Positions 39,001 through 45,769 of a stretch of DNA of 64,000 nt are shown here, in pieces. The stretch's first letter is position 1, and the number at the start of each line of letters is the position of its first letter. The stretch comes from Gammaproteobacteria bacterium (lineage in GTDB: Bacteria; Pseudomonadota; Gammaproteobacteria; Pseudomonadales; Azotimanducaceae): the NCBI GenBank assembly GCA_026707735.1, contig JAPOWH010000012.1, positions 77,990 through 141,989 of the forward strand, given 5' to 3'. The position numbers and the translations under genes were made by a program. The notes under the pieces are model-generated. The model was given only the letters and a program-made list of their open reading frames with translations. It was not told where the DNA came from and searched no databases.

Positions 39001-39443
39001 AAATGACGTTGATAGTCACTTAGATTGAGCGAATCTCCCACTGCAAGTTGAAACGTTGTTGTCATCACGTAATCTCTTGGAGGCAAACGTTGGACTAGAG
39101 CCGTGATTGGCACAATCACAACACCTGACGCGAGTGAGGGTAATTCCGCCAGCGTCAAAAGCCGTTCAGCAACTATGGCTGATTGAGGCGAAAAGTTGTC
39201 ATACGGCAGCGTTTCGTGGTCAGGGAACGAATGCACATGTAGATTGGCATCGAAAAACGCAAGTTCGTTCCTAATGTTGGAAGCACTTTCTGCGTTCGCT
39301 GTAACGACCAAATAGAGTCGCGGATCTTTTGCTGCAAGCTTGGCAAGTGACGCGCTTGCCAGACTGCCATAGCTCTCAGTCCAATATTGAACTTGCCGCT
39401 TAGGTGGCACTCTGACAGCAAGTCCGTCGATTGGTGTGCACAT
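35979..39443 (-). CDS. mfd: Transcription-repair coupling factor
   Basis: 1154 aa. Contains Walker A GDVGFGKTEVA, LLIVDEEHRFGV and TATPIPRTL, plus a UvrB-homology N-domain. Confidence 0.95.
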   Translation of the reverse strand: MCTPIDGLAVRVPPKRQVQYWTESYGSLASASLAKLAAKDPRLYLVVTANAESASNIRNELAFFDANLHVHSFPDHETLPYDNFSPQSAIVAERLLTLAELPSLASGVVIVPITALVQRLPPRDYVMTTTFQLAVGDSLNLSDYQRHLTQGGYRKVDTVFEHGEYATRGSILDLYPVGSHRPIRIDLFDDVVESLRIFDPETQRTIERTENVQILPAHEYPLDDQAITQFRNSWNRHFPPKFWQCSTYLDISEGRPVEGVECYLPLFFEQTSSLLDYLRSDSVVVLDRDVEQAATSFFEDVHERFEVHKNDEERPLLTPFEIYFRLDEVRHFWNQFPRIRFHSGSNPPKHSVSLLGQELPDITLEVRRRDPSRRLREFVHNVSVPVLLTAESNGRLQHLHEVLGRARIFPKEVDSYVDFFVSQPTLASTIGTLDRGLWNQEFVLLTESQILGSRLESERNRARHRSVDPETVIRDLTELHPGAPVVHLDHGIGRYVGLETLSIRSQLMEFVTLEYADGDKLYVPVSSLNLISRYTGADDENAPLHKLGTDAWSKAKSRAAQRIFDVAAELLGIYARREASRSVVVPEVNDDYETFCDQCDFELTIDQTVATEAILEDLKNVKSTDRLVCGDVGFGKTEVAMRAAFHVVQSGFQVIVLVPTTILAQQHFDTFTDRFAEWPVIVDLMSRFRSASEISLIEQRVDQRKVDILIATHKVLHANVDFSKLGLLIVDEEHRFGVRDKERLRNLRAEVNTISLTATPIPRTLNMSMGGLRDLSIIATPPAKRLSVKTFVVPYSKTVVRDAIKRELARGGQVFYLHNDVRSMPELYDGLARMVPDARLGIGHGQMRKHELEHVMADFYHRRCNVLICSTIIESGLDIPNANTIIIERADKFGLAQLHQLRGRVGRSARQAYAYLLTPEDAAMTIDSRKRLDAIESADELGSGFTLAVHDLEIRGAGELLGREQSGQLETIGFTLYISMLKRAVDTLKSGLVPNFDDPMPMVHEVNLNVSALIPDTYLPDIHGRLVTYKRIAAAESQTELDELRIELIDRCGPLPELASNLFQLTAVKLRAQELGISKIVLNADGGRIEFSNQDRIDSSAIAALLQANDSKFQLTRDQAIRVLKVPSDPQDRFAFTEELIDDLQTSIPIAMEA

Positions 39444-39749
39444 AGTCTAGTTTGCGGTGACCGGAGACGAAGAAGGCGAGGGTCTAATGTAGGCTTTGAT
39501 CAAGCCACGGCAATAAGCTGGAAGGCTTTAGCCGCAACATATTTTAGAGCTTGACACTGGCCTAGCCTCCAATCGCCAAACGAGTGCAAAGATTTTCCCC
39601 AGCGACCGGATAATTGTCCCCTTGTACGCGAGGTCTTTGCACACAGACAGATTTGCTGCCAATGTGGTATTATTCGTGAGATTACTCTGTCGAAGACTTA
39701 CTGGACAACCACTCTACCAGCGCCCTCTGAGCAAACAATCTAACAATTT

Positions 39750-39763
39750 GTGTTCTAGAACAC
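39750..39763. promoter_or_regulatory. Perfect 14-bp palindrome upstream of korC-like gene; candidate operator
   Basis: GTGTTCTAGAACAC, located 45-55 nt upstream of the candidate starts (GTG 39808 / ATG 39817). Confidence 0.35.
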
Positions 39764-39807
39764 CAAATGTGCTCCCGTGAGTTGACATATCTATCGCTCA
39801 AGGACGA

Positions 39808-41598
39808 GTGAATCCCATGAAGCCTACCAATATTCACGACCCCAACTACTTTCACAAGGTAGTGGATTGCCAATGGGCGTGTCCAGCTCACACGCCGGTT
39901 CCCGAGTACATTCGGCTCATTGCGCAGCAGCGTTATACGGAAGCGTACATGGTCAATTGGGAATCCAACGTATTCCCAGGCATTCTTGGCAGAACATGCG
40001 ACCGTCCCTGCGAACCAGCATGTCGACGCGTTAGGACTGAAGAGAAGCCAGTGGCAATTTGTCGGCTGAAGCGTGTCGCCGCAGATCACAAGGGGGACAT
40101 CACGCCCTATCTGCCACATGTACCAAAGACGAAGAATGGCAAGAAGATCGCGCTATTGGGAGCTGGCCCAGCTTCACTGGCAGTAGCACGCGACCTGCTT
40201 CCACTGGGCTATGAGATCGACATGTTTGATCGGGATCCTGGGGGCGGTGGCATGATGCGCAGTCAGATTCCCGCCTTTCGACTGCCAGCCGACGTGCTCG
40301 AAGAGGAAGTCGATCTCATAGTAAACATGGGCATTGACGCGTATTACAACCACGAGATCACGAGCATGCGGGAAATGCTCGAAATGAACTACGATGCATA
40401 CTTCGTCGGAACGGGCGCACCTCGAGGAAGGGACCTCGATCTGCCTGGGCGCAAAGAGGTTGCCGACCATATTTCAATAGGCATCGATTGGCTATCGAGC
40501 GTTGCTTTTGGGCACACAACCTCCATTTCCGGCAAGGTAATCGTCATGGGAGGTGGGAATACCGCCATGGACTGCTGCCGAACTTCCAAACGATTGGGCG
40601 CCGAGAACGTGACAGTAGTGGTTCGCTCTGCTTTCCACGTCATGAAGGCTAGCGAATGGGAAAAGGAAGATGCAATGGCGGAGGGCATTCCGATCCTCAA
40701 CAACCGGCCGCCAAAGGAATTCGTACATGAGAATGGACGTCTGAAGGGAGTTGTCTTCGAACGAGTAAAACCAATCGAGGACAACGGTAGACTGAAGTAC
40801 GTCCCGACCGGAGAACCGGATGTCTTTATGGAGGCCGACCACATCCTGATGGCGATAGGTCAGGAGAACCACTGCCCGTGGATCGAACGGGACTTGGGCA
40901 TTGAGTTCGACAAGTGGGACTGCCCGATATTGGACGAGGACACATTGCAGTCAACGCATCCCAAGATCTTTTTCGGCGGCGATTCCGCATTTGGTCCAGA
41001 GAACATTATTTGGGCATCTGCGCATGCACACAAAGCGGCAATTTCGATCCATCTGTTTTGCCAGGGCAGGGATCCCAAGAAGGATAGGCCGCCCGATGGT
41101 GTAAACCTGATAAGTCAGAAGATGGGGATTCACGAATGGAGCTACGACGCCGAACATGATCCTTCTCAACGCTACATCGTCCCACATGCCAATTTGCGGC
41201 GTTCGCTGGACAACATCAAGGTCGAAGTCGAATTGGGTTTTGATGAGCAACTGGGATTCAAGGAAGCGCAACGGTGCTTGAACTGCGACGTGCAGACCGT
41301 GTTTACCGAAAAGCTTTGCATCGAGTGCGACGCATGCATGGACATATGTCCCATGGATTGCATAACCTTTACGGAGAACCGTGACGAGGAGGAGCTAAGA
41401 GCAAATCTACTAGTTCCAGCCGAGAATAACGAACAAGATCTGTATGTGTCCGACCACCTTGATACAGGCAGAGTTATGGTCAAAGACGAAGATTTGTGCC
41501 TTCACTGTGGGCTGTGCGCCGAACGGTGTCCAACAAATGCTTGGGACATGCAGAAATCCGTCGTACACAATCCACAATTGAGCTCGTACGCGGAATGA
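39808..41598 (+). CDS. GltD-like NAD(P)H flavoprotein fused to a C-terminal 2x[4Fe-4S] ferredoxin domain (KorC-like)
   Basis: Has an N-terminal Cys cluster (CQWACPAH...CDRPCEPAC), dinucleotide folds GAGPASLAVA and GGGNTAMDC, and the C-terminal motifs CIECDACMDICP and CLHCGLCAERCP. Confidence 0.75.
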   Translation: MNPMKPTNIHDPNYFHKVVDCQWACPAHTPVPEYIRLIAQQRYTEAYMVNWESNVFPGILGRTCDRPCEPACRRVRTEEKPVAICRLKRVAADHKGDITPYLPHVPKTKNGKKIALLGAGPASLAVARDLLPLGYEIDMFDRDPGGGGMMRSQIPAFRLPADVLEEEVDLIVNMGIDAYYNHEITSMREMLEMNYDAYFVGTGAPRGRDLDLPGRKEVADHISIGIDWLSSVAFGHTTSISGKVIVMGGGNTAMDCCRTSKRLGAENVTVVVRSAFHVMKASEWEKEDAMAEGIPILNNRPPKEFVHENGRLKGVVFERVKPIEDNGRLKYVPTGEPDVFMEADHILMAIGQENHCPWIERDLGIEFDKWDCPILDEDTLQSTHPKIFFGGDSAFGPENIIWASAHAHKAAISIHLFCQGRDPKKDRPPDGVNLISQKMGIHEWSYDAEHDPSQRYIVPHANLRRSLDNIKVEVELGFDEQLGFKEAQRCLNCDVQTVFTEKLCIECDACMDICPMDCITFTENRDEEELRANLLVPAENNEQDLYVSDHLDTGRVMVKDEDLCLHCGLCAERCPTNAWDMQKSVVHNPQLSSYAE

Positions 41599-43418
41599 CC
41601 ACGTACAACGAATTTGTTATACGGTTCGCAAACGTAAACGGCTCTGGATCCGCCAGCGCGAACGGCATGTTCGCCAAGTCTTTGTTCCGCATGGGCATTC
41701 CTGTCGCAACACGGAACATCTTTCCTTCGAACATACAAGGACTACCCACGTGGTTTGAGGTGCGCATTTCCGAGCGGGGCCATTTCGGCCGCCGTGAGGA
41801 CATCGACATCATGGTCGCCATGAATGCGGAGACTTACGAGGAAGACGTTGCATGTCTTAGACCCGGTGGGTATCTGGTGTACGACAACACTCGTGGTCGG
41901 CCAAGAAGCCTACAGAGAAGCGACATTGTTGATGTAGGCATTCCCATCACCAAGCTGATTCTGCCCGAATTCAGTGATCCAAAGCAACGTCAACTGTTCA
42001 AGAACATAGTCTATTTGGGTGCAATGTCAGCATTGCTGAATATCGATTTCAGCATTCTCACAGGCATGGTTTCTTCCCAGTATCGTGGTAAAGACGCACT
42101 CATCAAGCCCAACATCCATGCAATGGAGATCGGGCGCAACTATGCCTACAAGTATCTCGACTGTCCCTTCGACATGCAGGTTCGCCACTCGGAACTGGCA
42201 AAAGGAAAGATCTTCGTTGACGGCAATGAGTCCGCGGCAATTGGAGCGGTCTACGGAGGCGCCACGGTTTGCGCGTGGTATCCCATTACACCGTCAACAT
42301 CCGTCGCTGAAGCCTTCGAAAAGCACGCCCTCAAACTGCGAACAAATCAAGATACAGGCCGTAAAAACTTTGCAGTGATACAGGCCGAGGATGAACTTGC
42401 CGCACTTGGCATGGTGATTGGAGCGGGGTGGAACGGTGCAAGAGCGTTCACAGCCACCAGTGGTCCTGGCATTTCTCTAATGAACGAGTTTCTTGGACTT
42501 GCCTACTTTGCCGAGATTCCGGCAGTTCTGTTCGACATTCAAAGAGCGGGACCCTCTACAGGCATGCCAACCCGAACGCAACAATCTGATTTGCTGAGCG
42601 TAGCATTTGCGTCCCACGGAGATACTCGACATCCGATGTTGTTTCCCTCGAGTCCAAAAGAGTGCTTTGACTTTGCTTCTGCCTCGTTTGACATATCCGA
42701 GCGGATACAGTCGCCAGTTGTAGTAATGAGCGACCTCGATCTCGGAATGAACGAGATGACTTCGGATCCGTTTGACTGGGAAGATGGCCGAAAGTACGAT
42801 CGAGGGAAAGTAATGTCCTTCGACGATCTGGAAGAGTCCGAAGCATTTGGTCGCTACGTGGATTCCGACGGAGACGGAATCGGCTATCGCACGCTACCGG
42901 GCACACACCCATCCAAAGGTTCCTTCTTCACGCGCGGAACCTCTCGCGACGAATATGCAGTGTATACGGAAGCACCTGAAGCATACAGCGAGAACATGGA
43001 TCGACTGGTCCGCAAGTGGGAAACCATCCGTGAACTAATGCCTAAGAGCGAAATTTACGAAGCGAATCACAGAGCAGGCATCCTTTTCTACGGAACATCC
43101 GCCACCCCGATGAAGGAATCGCTGGACATGCTTTATGAAGAGGGGGTGGAGCTCGACACGCTCCGGATTAGATCGTTCCCGTTTGGCCACGAGGTACAGG
43201 AATTCATTGATAGCCATTCCACCGTGTTTTTGGTGGAACAGAATCGAGACGCACAAATGAAAACGCTGATCGTGACTGACCTAAACGTGCACCCGGATCA
43301 AATCCAGTCCATTCTCTACTATGGCGGAATGTCGATTTCGGCCGATTTCATCGTAAATGCGGTGCTTGAGGCCTACGAGAGAGACAAGCTACCGAGGCTC
43401 CGGGAGGTTTCCTCGTGA
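41595..43418 (+). CDS. korA: 2-oxoacid:acceptor oxidoreductase, alpha subunit
   Basis: The N-terminus MTTYNEFVIRFANVNGSGSASANG is the typical gamma/alpha-fusion N-terminus. ATG 41595 forms an ATGA overlap with the upstream stop. Confidence 0.85.
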   Translation: MTTYNEFVIRFANVNGSGSASANGMFAKSLFRMGIPVATRNIFPSNIQGLPTWFEVRISERGHFGRREDIDIMVAMNAETYEEDVACLRPGGYLVYDNTRGRPRSLQRSDIVDVGIPITKLILPEFSDPKQRQLFKNIVYLGAMSALLNIDFSILTGMVSSQYRGKDALIKPNIHAMEIGRNYAYKYLDCPFDMQVRHSELAKGKIFVDGNESAAIGAVYGGATVCAWYPITPSTSVAEAFEKHALKLRTNQDTGRKNFAVIQAEDELAALGMVIGAGWNGARAFTATSGPGISLMNEFLGLAYFAEIPAVLFDIQRAGPSTGMPTRTQQSDLLSVAFASHGDTRHPMLFPSSPKECFDFASASFDISERIQSPVVVMSDLDLGMNEMTSDPFDWEDGRKYDRGKVMSFDDLEESEAFGRYVDSDGDGIGYRTLPGTHPSKGSFFTRGTSRDEYAVYTEAPEAYSENMDRLVRKWETIRELMPKSEIYEANHRAGILFYGTSATPMKESLDMLYEEGVELDTLRIRSFPFGHEVQEFIDSHSTVFLVEQNRDAQMKTLIVTDLNVHPDQIQSILYYGGMSISADFIVNAVLEAYERDKLPRLREVSS

Positions 43419-44470
43419 CATTTGTTGCAAAACCCAAGATTCACCATCCACTGCTCAAGGTGAATGAGATTGGATTGAAGCGTCGGGACTACGAAGGGCT
43501 TGTCTCAACGCTGTGTGCGGGTTGCGGACACGATTCCGTGAGTGCGGCACTGATCCAGGCATGCAGCGAGCTCTCACTGCCGCCACACAAGTTTGCGAAG
43601 CTCTCTGGCATTGGTTGTTCATCAAAGACGCCGAGCTACTTTCTCGGAAACTCCCATGGATTCAATTCAGTTCATGGACGAATGCCTTCGGTTGCAACCG
43701 GCGCCAATATTGCCAATCGTGACCTGATCTATATCGGTGTTTCAGGCGACGGCGACAGCGCTTCAATTGGGCTGGGCCAATTCGCCCACGCGGTACGCCG
43801 CAAAATCAACATGCTCTACATTGTTGACAACAACGGCACTTACGGACTGACGAAAGGACAGTTCTCCGCCACCAATGACCGCGGTTCTACGAATAAGAGA
43901 GGCGTGCCGAATCTGTACACATCGATTGACTTGGTGAGCATGGCGCTGCAGATCGGCGCGAGCTTCGTTGCGAGGAGCTTTTCCGGTGACAAGACTCAGT
44001 TGGTCCCGCTAATGAAAGCCGCGTTGTTGCATCGAGGATTTGCGTTTATAGATGTGATTTCACCTTGTGTGATGTTCAACAACCACGATGGTTCGACCAA
44101 GAGCTATGGCTACATAAGAGACCACTCCGCACCAGTTGTCGATGCTGACTTCATAGCTCCCCAGGAGGAAATCGAAATTTACTACGCACCAGGCACCGCA
44201 GAGACTGTGGCGATGCCCGATGGGTCCTCATTGAGATTGCGCAAACTTGAAGATAGCTACAACCCTCGCAATCGGGTAGACGCGCTTGCCTATGTCCAAA
44301 ATGCGTTGGATGAAGGCGAGGTAGTTACTGGACTGCTTTACGTTGAAGACGATTCGGTGGATTGCCACGAAGTCTTGGAAACTCCGGATGTTCCTCTCAA
44401 TTCGCTTGATGAATCGGTGCTTTGCCCAGGTTCAGCGGAACTGGCAGCCGTAAACGACAGCTTCCGCTAG
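43415..44470 (+). CDS. korB: 2-oxoacid:acceptor oxidoreductase, beta (TPP-binding) subunit
   Basis: Contains CAGCGH, SGIGCSS and GVSGDGDSASIG. Forms a GTGA overlap with the korA stop. Confidence 0.85.
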   Translation: MTFVAKPKIHHPLLKVNEIGLKRRDYEGLVSTLCAGCGHDSVSAALIQACSELSLPPHKFAKLSGIGCSSKTPSYFLGNSHGFNSVHGRMPSVATGANIANRDLIYIGVSGDGDSASIGLGQFAHAVRRKINMLYIVDNNGTYGLTKGQFSATNDRGSTNKRGVPNLYTSIDLVSMALQIGASFVARSFSGDKTQLVPLMKAALLHRGFAFIDVISPCVMFNNHDGSTKSYGYIRDHSAPVVDADFIAPQEEIEIYYAPGTAETVAMPDGSSLRLRKLEDSYNPRNRVDALAYVQNALDEGEVVTGLLYVEDDSVDCHEVLETPDVPLNSLDESVLCPGSAELAAVNDSFR

Positions 44471-44584
44471 TAGCATTTTCCGCTCACTGGCACATTGCCT
44501 CGTCCAAAGCCGGCTATGCTAAGAGCCTGTCCCAGAAAGTGCATCGAACTCGTGTGCGAGCATCGTGCCATGGACTGCTAAAAG

Positions 44585-45691
44585 ATGTCTTCAGTCCCTT
44601 CAAATTCTCCTAGATTGAATTTTGATCCCGAACGTGCACTGCCGGCGATCGCGTATCGGGATTCAGAGTGGATGGCGGCCGAGATGGCGCGAATCTGGCA
44701 CAGCGATTGGGTCTTTGCAACTACCGATGATGCTTTGGCGTCGGTCGGCGATCAAGTACCAGTTGTAGTCGGCGAAGAACAGGTTCTTCTGCTGCGCAAC
44801 AAGCAGCAAGAACTCGTCGCGTTGTCGAACTTGTGCGCTCACAGAGGTACGCTGCTTGTCGAAGAACCAACCAACGCAACGCGCATCCAATGTCCCTATC
44901 ATGCCTGGACGTACGATGATGGCGGTCGACTGATGGGTGTGCCATTCGCACCAAGGAACTGGTCCGACAGGACGGCACACTTTCTGCCCAAATATCGCGT
45001 GGAATCTTGGCATGGACTAGTATTCGTAAGCCTAAATCTGGACGTTGAGCCGCTAACTGAGCGATTTGCCTCGATCGAGCCCTATCTGACCGAATATGGT
45101 CTCGACAATCTCGTACACGATGCGAGATCTCAAAATTCTGAAATCTGGGAGTGCAACTGGAAACTCTCGATGCAAAACGCAATGGAGAGCTATCATCTTT
45201 TTAAGGTTCACGCGAAGACGCTCGAACCCGTTGCACCTACAAAAGACTCTTACTACATCGCAGGATCCGCGAAAGCAACGATAACTGGCGGCTCGACCAG
45301 AGGTCAGTCGGACTATCGCCTACTTGGTTTGCCTCCCAATTTCGTTGGGGTGATTTCCAAAGACGGCTTCTTCTGGCTGGCAGTGCACCCGAAGGAAGTC
45401 GGACAATGCGCCGTCAGTACTGGAGCTGCAATTGGTCGACAACAAGAGTCTCTTGGTCGAGTTGGCAACTGGCTTTCTCAAGTCGTTGAGAGCTTGTACT
45501 CCCAGGCCGATTTTCTTCCAGAGGACAAAACAATTTGCGAGCGCGTTCAGCGGGGTTTCACTGGCAACTTCACCCCTGGTAGGATCTTCCCTATAGAACG
45601 GGTTGTTGCGGATTTTGGACACTACCTCAATTGGCGACTCAATGAGGTCAATCCGCCTCTTTTCTACACGGAACCTACTTCGTCAAGGTGA
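44585..45691 (+). CDS. Rieske [2Fe-2S] non-heme-iron oxygenase, alpha-subunit type
   Basis: Contains the Rieske motif CAHRG...CPYHAW. The catalytic-domain region includes ESYHLFKVH. Confidence 0.8.
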   Translation: MSSVPSNSPRLNFDPERALPAIAYRDSEWMAAEMARIWHSDWVFATTDDALASVGDQVPVVVGEEQVLLLRNKQQELVALSNLCAHRGTLLVEEPTNATRIQCPYHAWTYDDGGRLMGVPFAPRNWSDRTAHFLPKYRVESWHGLVFVSLNLDVEPLTERFASIEPYLTEYGLDNLVHDARSQNSEIWECNWKLSMQNAMESYHLFKVHAKTLEPVAPTKDSYYIAGSAKATITGGSTRGQSDYRLLGLPPNFVGVISKDGFFWLAVHPKEVGQCAVSTGAAIGRQQESLGRVGNWLSQVVESLYSQADFLPEDKTICERVQRGFTGNFTPGRIFPIERVVADFGHYLNWRLNEVNPPLFYTEPTSSR

Positions 45692-45769
45692 CACGATGAA
45701 ACAAGAAAACACAATTTCAGCGAAGGCTAGCCGCCTAAGACAACTCCTGTAGAACACGACAGAATTGGC

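Noticed and set aside
39584-39642. 9-bp inverted repeat GTGCAAAGA ... TCTTTGCAC in the mfd/kor intergenic region
   Set aside because: The arms are separated by 41 nt, too far apart for a typical operator or a stable terminator. It could be chance, so it is not called as a feature.
39782-39787. Consensus TTGACA hexamer upstream of the korC-like gene, as a -35 element
   Set aside because: No acceptable -10 hexamer lies 16-18 nt downstream (the sequence there is CGAGTG). A transcription start here would also fall on the start codon.
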